The translations under genes were made by a program, and so were the position numbers. A DNA stretch of 32,000 nt from Synechocystis sp. PCC 6803 substr. PCC-P (GTDB taxonomy: Bacteria; Cyanobacteriota; Cyanobacteriia; Cyanobacteriales; Microcystaceae). The notes below the pieces were generated by a model. It did not search any database. It had not been told where the DNA came from and saw only the letters and a program-made list of their open reading frames with translations. The stretch spans positions 2,310,001 to 2,342,000 of the forward strand of contig NC_017039.1 of NCBI RefSeq assembly GCF_000284455.1, written 5' to 3'. Positions 10,301 to 17,129 of this stretch are shown here, piece by piece (within the stretch, counting starts at the first letter, position 1; each line of letters starts with the position of its first letter).

Positions 10301-12462
10301 AGATCTCCCAAAAACTGGGACTGTAGGCTTGGGGGCCACGGATGGCGGCATTGGGCCATGGCTTGGGTTAGCCAATTCTCGGCCTGCCCTAGGGTGGGGG
10401 GAGAGAGAGTTTGGTATTGCAGGGGGGGCAGGGAATGTTCTTCCCCCAGTTGTCCCTTCAACTCTTCATAGAGGTCGGCGATCGCCGTTGGGGGCACAGA
10501 AATTAACAAACGCACACCCTGGGACGGACTGGTGGTCAATAGCCATTGCCACAGTACTTGGGCCAATTCCTGCTGACGTAGGGAAGGACTTTTTTGCCAA
10601 GGTAGGGAGCCGTTTTCTCCGTCCAATACCAACAGCAAGTCCAAAATTGGTAGAGCTTGCAGGGCAGACACCAACTCCGGGGTTGTAGCTTGCCCCAAGG
10701 AAGGCAGACTAAAGCTTTCCCCTAGGTGGACCCATAACTTTTCTGCCCAGTGGGGAGTAAAATCCACCAAAAGCACCCGCTCCGGGGACATTTGTTGCAA
10801 CACTTCCCCCGCCAACCAAGAAGTTTTGCCCACCCCCGGCTCCCCCGTTAGCACCAAAACTGGCGTGGGCTTTTGTTCCCAGACCTTTTGCAGGTCCTGC
10901 CAAGTAAGGGAAACCATCGTTTTTGACTGCACAGCAGACCGAGCCTCCGCCCCACCTCCCAACATTTTTTCTGGTGCTAGGGGATGGCGGCAAATGCGTT
11001 GTTCTGGCCAACAGGGAAGGGGCTTTGGACCAATGAAGGCCCGCTGACCTAAACGGTATTCCCTGGCTTGATATTCCTGGTCAATGGCCAGGGCCGCCAG
11101 CCAATCTTCCAACTGCAAGTAACACTCCCTTAATTCCACCAGAATGGCTAAGTATAGCCGGGGATTATCTTCAAAGGACACCAGGGTTTGGGCCTGGCGC
11201 AGAGTCATTAAGGATTCCCTAATCTGGTCATTGGCTAACTGTACCCGACCGGCAAGGTAATGCAAATTTGCCAAGCAGGGGCGATAATCCCGCTCTTCAA
11301 CCTGCTTAGGCCTGGTTTCAAAGGCTCTTTTTAAAGCTTCCTTGCCCTCATCAAATTTCCATTGCTCCACCAAGGCTTCACAAAGGTAACTGTGGGCTAG
11401 GGAAATTAGCCCCTGTAATTCCAATTCGGTCCAAAGCTTTTCCTGATTGCGCTCCGGGGTGGTGTCTGTGGCGGCAAAGGGGGAAAGTTGATAGAAAAAA
11501 ATCAGGCTGTTTTCGGCGGCCTGCCGCAGTTGCTCCCAGTCTTCTAGTCCTCGCAGGATTTCTCCTAATAGGTTGAGGGTTTCCCCATGGGTGAAGTGCC
11601 ATTGCTGGTTTTCCAGGGCGGCGATCGCCGTTTGGGCATAATTGCGGGTTTGTTGCCAAAGTTGATGGCCGCGACTTTTTTCTCCGTAGGCTTGGAGTAG
11701 GAAAAGATAGCCCAGCCGCAGACTCAGCCAAATAATTGCCTCCGTATCTCCCAGCAGTTCCCAGACATCCAAACTCTCCCGATAGTGGCACTGGGCCTGT
11801 TTTCGGCCCATTTCTCCCCGGCTTTCCCGCGCTAAACCCTGGAGAAGGGATAATTTCGCCTGCAGAAGGCTAATCGGTTCTAGTTCGAGGTTTTGTTTTT
11901 GGTCAACAATTTCGGCCAACCAATGGGGTAAATTGACCAGCATTTCCTGGCGTTTCTCCGGAGCCAATGGTGATGGTTCTAACCACACACACTGCCAGAG
12001 TTCATCGGTGCACTGCTCCAGATCCCCCACCCCCAGGCGCAGATCTAACCAATGGCTTTTGCCGTCCAAGAAAGTCTGTAGGCCGCGAAAAGCTTCTTCA
12101 ATGGTGGGGTCAACTAGTACGATCCAATGGAAATGTCTTTCTCCGCACCGTTGTTGTTTTCCCAGGGCTAATTGGGTTAAAAAAGTTTGGGGATCGGGCT
12201 CTTCCGTCAAGCCGGTGATCAGGATAACATGCCCCGTAAACTGCTCCCATTGTTGCAAAACCCTAGCCAGTTGCTCCTTTTCCCCCGCATCAAAAATTAA
12301 GACGTCACCGGCGATCGCCGTTGTGTACCAATCTTCCACCCACGTGAATTGACCAGCTAGGCAAAAGTAAAGGTTATCCTGGATCGCTGGTTGCCCAACC
12401 CGGTCAGCGAGGGATTGCAAAAGTTCTTGTTGCTGGGTGAGGCAAGATAACATAACAGTCAT
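7381..12462 (-). CDS. Giant STAND-class P-loop NTPase (NACHT/NB-ARC-like). Domain order: unassigned N-terminal domain, TPR-like helical region, NTPase, then 16 WD40 repeats.
   Basis: 1693-aa ORF. Walker A is LTGEPGVGKTS (about 10822..10845). The Walker B-like motif is LDLLLVLDGENG (about 10612..10640). TPR-like helical repeats cover roughly residues 200-480. The C-terminal 16 x 41-aa repeats follow the GH..WV..A.FSPDGQ.IVT.S.DGTARLW pattern. Confidence 0.9.
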   Translation of the reverse strand: MTVMLSCLTQQQELLQSLADRVGQPAIQDNLYFCLAGQFTWVEDWYTTAIAGDVLIFDAGEKEQLARVLQQWEQFTGHVILITGLTEEPDPQTFLTQLALGKQQRCGERHFHWIVLVDPTIEEAFRGLQTFLDGKSHWLDLRLGVGDLEQCTDELWQCVWLEPSPLAPEKRQEMLVNLPHWLAEIVDQKQNLELEPISLLQAKLSLLQGLARESRGEMGRKQAQCHYRESLDVWELLGDTEAIIWLSLRLGYLFLLQAYGEKSRGHQLWQQTRNYAQTAIAALENQQWHFTHGETLNLLGEILRGLEDWEQLRQAAENSLIFFYQLSPFAATDTTPERNQEKLWTELELQGLISLAHSYLCEALVEQWKFDEGKEALKRAFETRPKQVEERDYRPCLANLHYLAGRVQLANDQIRESLMTLRQAQTLVSFEDNPRLYLAILVELRECYLQLEDWLAALAIDQEYQAREYRLGQRAFIGPKPLPCWPEQRICRHPLAPEKMLGGGAEARSAVQSKTMVSLTWQDLQKVWEQKPTPVLVLTGEPGVGKTSWLAGEVLQQMSPERVLLVDFTPHWAEKLWVHLGESFSLPSLGQATTPELVSALQALPILDLLLVLDGENGSLPWQKSPSLRQQELAQVLWQWLLTTSPSQGVRLLISVPPTAIADLYEELKGQLGEEHSLPPLQYQTLSPPTLGQAENWLTQAMAQCRHPWPPSLQSQFLGDLAMEGNGEQQPWLHPIDLQLLGTVLEQEQVTKSADYQGKKLDEWLTLAVQTYLAFLPPHLLKKALQLLKSLADGQQALCLKTEYQLLAALYSAPEPAADNPPEFAQEDIQQLQLLLTLLLRGRLIIVISQATLPYYRLSTTHLAHALQGKSAVISTPALINAGRRGSKSNPNLIAPSPGDRQQGNEDLIAELEAGSSAEEQVVAQKLKAAQLQYQKLVAGINLEKQCQFILKQFLVYPLEALLAAVKTGQDLQKLVTPETPLVQYPSLAPWLSLHSILARINECNRCHHEGPVTVLRISPSMENTPPLVLTATTNGIAYLWSFHGELINVLRGHQEAITALDWSADGQYFATASADHTVKLWQRHGEEVATLRGHEDWVRSVHFSPHHQFLVTSGQDNTARIWNFAGEQLTLCQGHADWVRNAEFNCHGQILLTASRDGTARLWDLEGREIGLCQGHTSWVRNAQFSPDGQWIVTCSADGTARLWDLSSQCFAVLKGHQNWVNNALWSPDGQHIITSSSDGTARVWSRHGKCLGTLRGHDHNIHGARFSLDGQKIVTYSTDNTARLWTKEGTLLTILRGHQKEVYDADFSADGRFVFTVSADQTARQWDISQKDTITLTGHSHWVRNAHFNPKGDRLLTVSRDKTARLWTTEGECVAVLADHQGWVREGQFSPDGQWIVTGSADKTAQLWNVLGKKLTVLRGHQDAVLNVRFSPDSQYIVTASKDGTARVWNNTGRELAVLRHYEKNIFAAEFSADGQFIVTASDDNTAGIWEIVGREVGICRGHEGPVYFAQFSADSRYILTASVDNTARIWDFLGRPLLTLAGHQSIVYQARFSPEGNLIATVSADHTARLWDRSGKTVAVLYGHQGLVGTVDWSPDGQMLVTASNDGTARLWDLSGRELLTLEGHGNWVRSAEFSPDGRWVLTSSADGTAKLWPVKTLPQLLSQGGQWLKNYLTHNALVSPADRPGAKVT
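7477..9444 (-). repeat. Tandem array of 16 WD40-coding units, each exactly 123 bp (41 aa)
   Basis: Counted by hand from CHHEGPVTVLRIS... to ...DGTAKLWPVKTLPQLL. There are no length variants between units. The scaffold residues are strongly conserved. Confidence 0.85.
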
Positions 12463-12870
12463 CGGTGTGAAGTTAGTACAATTATGGGCAGGGAAAAGCC
12501 TATTCGACCTGTAACATTTTGCTTAATTGACGGTGGGCACTGTGACAAGACTGGGCAAGCCTAGTCAAAAATAGCGAGGAAAGCCCTAGGCGTTAGCTTC
12601 AATTCTAGTGACAATATGTCAGCGTTGACACTGCCAGGGACGGGGATAGGGGGGACTAAATCACCACTAATAACCCGGCTCATTATCCCGAATTTGCCAT
12701 CAAACCAGGCGGCAAAGTTTTTACCAAACAAATTCGGGCGGCTTTTTCCGCATTTCATCTCTGACAAAAATGGCTGGGCTGTATATTTTTCTCTTTACTA
12801 CCAAGGCTTTGGCTACCTAACTAACCATCTCTGGTCACATTTGCCACAGTCAATTCTAAGAACAAGAAAA

Positions 12871-13455
12871 CTATTTAGTGGCGTTGCGTTTTAAGCGTTC
12901 CAATTCCTTTTCCAATTCCCACTTTTTAAATTCCGCTTCCAGGGGGTCTAACTCCCGGCGATAGGTTTCCCCGGTACTGCCTTGATTCCAGCCCATGGTG
13001 TCCGCCGCCCTTCTTTGGGCCTCGGATGCTTTTTGCTCGGCGGCCATTTGTTTAGCCTTTTGTTGTACTTCCTTTTGCCGTTGCTGAATTTCCTGGAGCA
13101 AACTTTGGGCTTGGCTAATCCGTTGTTCTGTCCCCACCCTTTGTCCCCACACCTGATTGCCCTGACGCAGTAAGGTAGCTTCCCTTTCCTGGGCCCTTTG
13201 GGCTAAATCTTCTCGGCCAGCAGCTTTAGCCTGTTGAATGCGGCTATGCCAAGCCTGAATATCCTGAGCTAGGTTGAGAATCTGGGCTTCTTGATCTTGT
13301 TTTTTCCGCTGTAAATCTGTCAGTAGGCGGCGAGCGTCGGCTTCCTGTTCTTTCAACTGTTCCAACAGAGCTTCCAACTCCAAATGGGGGTTGTTCTGTA
13401 AAAACTCTTCCAGACGGTCTTCTAAAAAACGGCCGACATCGTCAAACAAGCCCAT
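12871..13455 (-). CDS. Coiled-coil protein (194 aa) whose N-terminus resembles PspA/IM30
   Basis: ATG start. The N-terminus MGLFDDVGRFLEDRLEEFL is followed by about 150 residues of Q/E/K/R/A-rich heptad-like sequence. No TM segment. Confidence 0.7.
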   Translation of the reverse strand: MGLFDDVGRFLEDRLEEFLQNNPHLELEALLEQLKEQEADARRLLTDLQRKKQDQEAQILNLAQDIQAWHSRIQQAKAAGREDLAQRAQEREATLLRQGNQVWGQRVGTEQRISQAQSLLQEIQQRQKEVQQKAKQMAAEQKASEAQRRAADTMGWNQGSTGETYRRELDPLEAEFKKWELEKELERLKRNATK

Positions 13456-13571
13456 TGCTACAATCTTCCCAAAAATCTAGTAGGTGCCTTAAAAGCTTTG
13501 TCCTACTCCAAGATACCTTGTTTTTTCTTCCCCCATCGCTGGGAATTAACCAAGCTCCTGACTCTTTTTTG

Positions 13572-13579
13572 GCGATCGC
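13572..13579. repeat. HIP1 octamer GCGATCGC, the last perfect copy before the HIP1-free stretch
   Basis: Exact palindrome. By eye there are about two dozen perfect copies in the window, for example at 2257, 3330, 4593, 5149, 6480, 9760, 19040, 19197 and 31205 (approximate). Confidence 0.9.
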
Positions 13580-13689
13580 CAAACTTCATAAAAATTCATG
13601 TACCAAAGATACTTTTCCCTAAAATCTGAATTATCCTGATAGGCAAACTCGGTTAAGTCTGAGCTTTCCGGCGTTAGAACAGGTACACG

Positions 13690-14763
13690 ATGAATATTGA
13701 AGCTAAGCTAAGTCAAGCTCGCTCCTGGCTGGATGAATTGGGTAATGCCATTTCTGATCTGGTGGGGGTTGCGTCAGAAGTATTTGAGGATGAGAAGCTC
13801 AAGCAGGATTTGGCAGATTTTCGCCGAGCCTATGATCAGGCAGTGCTGGATTTGGCTAATCCGAGTTTACGTATTGCTATGATCGGCACAACTTCTTCGG
13901 GAAAGTCAACGATTGTTAACGCTTTAATTGGCCGACGGATTGCGCCTATTGAAGCGGGGGAGATGAGCGGCGGTGTTTTACGGATTAAACATGGTGAAGG
14001 CAGTCACTTAAAGATTGAGGAAACGGAGGGCGCAGTCTGGGAAACGGGAGAATGGTCAGGTTTGAGCGATGAGGAAATTTATAACCGCATCCATCAAGTC
14101 ATGCAGAAGTACCATGAGACTAAAAAAAGGAAAATTTACATTTCACCTCAAATCGAAGTTAGATTACCACTTTTACCTGGTTATGACAGAGCATTATCAG
14201 GTTTACCTGAAGAACTAGCTATTGAATTTGTTGATTTACCAGGATTAAAATCTATCAAAGATAGCAAAAATCTTAAAGTAATCCAGTCTTTAGTTGGAAA
14301 TGCTTTCTGTCTTGTTGCTCTTGATTATTCTCATGTAGATGAGGAGCATAGGCAAGTTTTATTAAATGAGCTAAAAGACGTTGTTGAATATCTACATGGC
14401 TCTACTGAATCAATGATTTTTATACTTAATCGAATTGATCGTCGAAGCTCTGATGATTTTCCACTAAATAAACGCGTAAATCTATTGAAAGATGAAATTA
14501 AATCAACTTTAAAACTGTCTAGTAAGCCATATATTATGCCGTTAAATGCTCTTCTTTTATATAATGCTCAATGTGCTTGGGGATATAATTTTACTGATAA
14601 TTCTTTAAATTGTCATGAGAAATTTAAATCTGACTTTATAAAAAATCTTTTAATAAAAAGTTCTGAAATCATACAAATAAAAGCCCTGGAAAGTGAAGAT
14701 ATTAAGCTTTTTTCGTGGTTTACACATCTTAGTTTATCATTTGCTCAGAAGCAGAAGTGTTGA
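13690..14763 (+). CDS. Dynamin-family (Dynamin_N-like) GTPase, truncated. The last 4 codons and the stop codon come from the IS4 inverted repeat.
   Basis: G1 is GTTSSGKS (13885..13908), G3 is DLPG (14233..14244), and the G4-like motif is NRID (14428..14439). The ORF crosses into the IS left end at 14752 and terminates as ...SFAQK|QKC*. Confidence 0.75.
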   Translation: MNIEAKLSQARSWLDELGNAISDLVGVASEVFEDEKLKQDLADFRRAYDQAVLDLANPSLRIAMIGTTSSGKSTIVNALIGRRIAPIEAGEMSGGVLRIKHGEGSHLKIEETEGAVWETGEWSGLSDEEIYNRIHQVMQKYHETKKRKIYISPQIEVRLPLLPGYDRALSGLPEELAIEFVDLPGLKSIKDSKNLKVIQSLVGNAFCLVALDYSHVDEEHRQVLLNELKDVVEYLHGSTESMIFILNRIDRRSSDDFPLNKRVNLLKDEIKSTLKLSSKPYIMPLNALLLYNAQCAWGYNFTDNSLNCHEKFKSDFIKNLLIKSSEIIQIKALESEDIKLFSWFTHLSLSFAQKQKC

Positions 14764-15925
14764 ACGATAGTTATAAAGAGAAAAAAAGCCCTTTAAAATG
14801 ATAGAATAAAGGGCAGAAATATTAGAATAATTGAAGAGATGATATCAAATTTTGGACATATTGTCAAAACTTATCTATCTAATTTTCCTAAAGATGACTA
14901 CCCAGTATTAGACACATTTAAGTTTGTGAGTATCTGGTTAGGATTAGTGTTAGACCAGAGCCAGACAAGCATGAGGAGTATGTTTAAAAGACTGAACTTA
15001 CGAGGAGAGACAGTCGATATATCTACATTCTCAAAGGCAAGCAAAAAAAGGGATGTAGGAGTTTTTAGAGAAATAATATTTTCCTTAAAAAAGGAATTGT
15101 CGAAAAGGAAGGAAATTAAGCAGGGAGAATTAGAAATATTTCCTCTCGATTCAACCATTGTCAGCATAACTAGTAAGTTGATGTGGAACCTTGGATTTCA
15201 TCAGGTAAAAGTATTCAGTGGGATTAACTTATCAACAGGGATTCCGGGGGGAATAGTAATTCACTTTGGACAAGGTCATGATAATAAATATGGGAATGAA
15301 ACAATAGAAGAGACTCCAGAAAATGGAGTAGCAGTAATGGATAGAGGATTTTGTGACTTACAGAGAATCAAGAGATTACAAAAGGAGAATAACAAATATC
15401 ATGTATTAAGAATAAAGAATAATATAAAGCTAGAAAAATTAGCCAATGATAACTATATGGTTGGAACTGGAAAGAATAAAATAGAGAGTAGAGTGGTAAT
15501 ATTCACCCATGATAATTCAGAGTTTAGATTGGTTACAAATTTACCTATAGAAAGTAAAGAAATAGAAGGAGTTAGTGATGAAAAAATAGCAGAAATTTAT
15601 AAAAAAAGATGGCAAATAGAATTGTTATGGAAATTCTTAAAAATGCACTTAAAGCTGAATAGACTGATTGCCAAAAATGAGAATGCAATTGGGATTCAAA
15701 TCTATACCTGTATAATTGCTTATTTAATACTAAAATTACTGGTAATCCCAAAAGAAGCAGGTACAACAATGTTAGACAAACTACGTTATTTACAGGCTTT
15801 CATGTGTGAAAAAATAAGCTATGTACACTGGCTAAGGGAGTTAGCACTAAGGTGATGAATTTGCTTTGCTGTAGGATTATTCTGTCTATTTTTAGGTCGT
15901 ACATAAGTGCGATTCAACGATTCTG
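14752..15925 (+). mobile_element. IS4-family insertion sequence, ISY203-like, 1174 bp
   Basis: Imperfect 23-bp terminal inverted repeats: CAGAAGTGTTGAACGATAGTTAT (14752..14774) against the reverse complement of 15903..15925, CAGAATCGTTGAATCGCACTTAT (16 of 23 match, both start CAGAA). It holds a single transposase ORF. The 1174-bp length agrees with my recollection of ISY203. Confidence 0.8.
14839..15855 (+). CDS. IS4-family DDE transposase (338 aa)
   Basis: Exact Y(2)R(3)E(6)K signature in IYKKRWQIELLWKFLK, plus the acidic motif VAVMDRGF. Codon usage is AT-rich and unlike the host genes. Confidence 0.9.
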   Translation: MISNFGHIVKTYLSNFPKDDYPVLDTFKFVSIWLGLVLDQSQTSMRSMFKRLNLRGETVDISTFSKASKKRDVGVFREIIFSLKKELSKRKEIKQGELEIFPLDSTIVSITSKLMWNLGFHQVKVFSGINLSTGIPGGIVIHFGQGHDNKYGNETIEETPENGVAVMDRGFCDLQRIKRLQKENNKYHVLRIKNNIKLEKLANDNYMVGTGKNKIESRVVIFTHDNSEFRLVTNLPIESKEIEGVSDEKIAEIYKKRWQIELLWKFLKMHLKLNRLIAKNENAIGIQIYTCIIAYLILKLLVIPKEAGTTMLDKLRYLQAFMCEKISYVHWLRELALR

Positions 15926-16005
15926 GATCAAGTGGTACATGATAATTTTTCAACTAGCTTAGTTTATGCGAACGGGTTGCAAGAATGTGGAGAAATGTCG
16001 TCTTA
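15926..16005 (+). pseudogene. Putative displaced internal fragment of the GTPase ORF, lying between the two IS elements
   Basis: In the frame that continues codon 354 of the GTPase ORF, this segment reads DQVVHDNFSTSLVYANGLQECGEMSS with no stop. The other two frames stop within 12 codons. Confidence 0.4.
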
Positions 16006-16762
16006 GAATATGTTTGAAAAGTTCAAGGCAAGCTTTCGGAGCATGAGATGGAGCATGGCAACATGAATCATTGTCTCACTGGTGGTAGGTAAATATTCAT
16101 AATCCTTGCTTAAACGACGGTAGCGACCAAACCAAGCAAAGGTACGTTCAACAACCCAACGTCGAGGCAAAACCTCAAAACCCTTTTGTCCATCCTTTTT
16201 GCTGACGATTTCCAAATTCTAGCCAAAGGTCTCATTAACCCAGGCAGTAAAATTCTTACTGCCAAAAGTGCTATCAGTCCATATCAATTGCAGGCACTGC
16301 CATAGAGGAGCAAACCAAGTACCGAGTAGAGTAAGACCTTGGTGGTCTGAGCGATGAGCGCTGTGAGCCACAACGTCGAGAAGTAATCCCATGGTATCCA
16401 CGAGGATTGTACGTTTACGACCATTGACCTTTTTTCCACCGTCATAACCACTTTCTTGTCCAGCGCCAGCCTTTCTTACTGACTGTGAGTGAGTCCAAAC
16501 AACCAGCACTAGGGTTGGCATTTCTTCCGGCCTTAAGTCGAATCTTCTTTCTGAGGATGTGATTCAATTTTTTCCAGGTACCGTCTTCCTGCCACTGTCG
16601 GAAATAACCATAGACTGTTCGCCATTTGGGAAAATCATGGGGTAGAAGTCGCCAAGCACAACCCGCTCTGAGCATGTAAAAAATGGCATTAAGCACTTCC
16701 CTCGGATTAGTTTTCCGTTTTCTTCCCCCACTTTTTGCTTGGGGGAGATTGGATTCTACCAA
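16003..16762 (-). pseudogene. IS5-family transposase, broken into three pieces by one frame change and one in-frame TAG
   Basis: The three pieces are orfA 16442..16762 (HTH-like, ...PSAGCLDSLTVSKKG), a piece at 16219..16521 (GYDGGKKVNGRKRTILVDTMG) and a piece at 16003..16215 ([21 protein letters not shown]). The last two pieces share a frame and are separated only by TAG at 16219..16221, where homologues have Trp (G-W-x-LEIV). The TAA stop is supplied by the TTA target duplication. Confidence 0.8.
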
Positions 16763-16876
16763 TTGCTACTGGCTATCACTGATGTCGCTGCTGTAAAATT
16801 CTCTCAGTATCATTACGGTGAAAATTCTATATTCTTCACCATTTTTCCCAATTATGCCGACTTTTCAAACACGCTC
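16006..16876 (-). mobile_element. IS5-family insertion sequence (IS427/IS1031-like, ISY523-like), 871 bp, flanked by a TTA target duplication
   Basis: Terminal inverted repeats: GAATATGTTTGAAAAGT (16006..16022) against the reverse complement of 16860..16876, GAGCGTGTTTGAAAAGT (14 of 17 match). A TTA direct repeat sits at 16003..16005 and 16877..16879. The 871-bp length matches my recollection of ISY523/IS5Sa. Confidence 0.85.
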
Positions 16877-16879
16877 TTA

Positions 16880-16997
16880 TATGCGACAGGGAGGAGAAGC
16901 ACCATCTTGTTATGTTGGCGATCCTAATCCATCCGAGGCATTTGACTTAGTTTTAGAATGTAGGGCTTCTATACCGGATTGCTACGTTGTCAGTTAA
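16880..16997 (+). pseudogene. Putative displaced 3' end of the GTPase ORF
   Basis: After conceptually removing the IS5 element and one TTA copy, the frame continues as ...SS|YMRQGGEAPSCYVGDPNPSEAFDLVLECRASIPDCYVVS* and stops at 16995..16997. Confidence 0.35.
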
Positions 16998-17129
16998 TTT
17001 AGACTAGACAAACACAATCTAAATAGTCTGGAAGTTATTTTTCGATTTTTGCAAAAATGACACTTTCTCCTAAAATTTCGTTGCTATCATATAGTTTAGA
17101 GAACTGGCAGAGAATAACCAGAAACTAAT

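Noticed and set aside
12561-12894. Two overlapping small ORFs in the spacer (68 aa on the minus strand, 92 aa on the plus strand)
   Set aside because: They are mutually exclusive and have no motifs. The plus-strand ORF runs into the convergent coiled-coil gene. The region is kept only as a possible non-coding region in the findings.
14728-15967. The 10-bp direct repeat CTTAGTTTAT as the target-site duplication of the IS4 element
   Set aside because: The repeats are not adjacent to the inverted repeats, lying 14 and 32 nt away. They would imply a 1220-bp element without terminal inverted repeats. The boundaries defined by the inverted repeats give 1174 bp.
16739-16927. 62-aa plus-strand ORF spanning the IS5 right end and flanking DNA
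   Set aside because: It crosses the IS boundary at 16876, so it is a chimeric artefact. Its tail is in a different frame from the one that continues the GTPase ORF.
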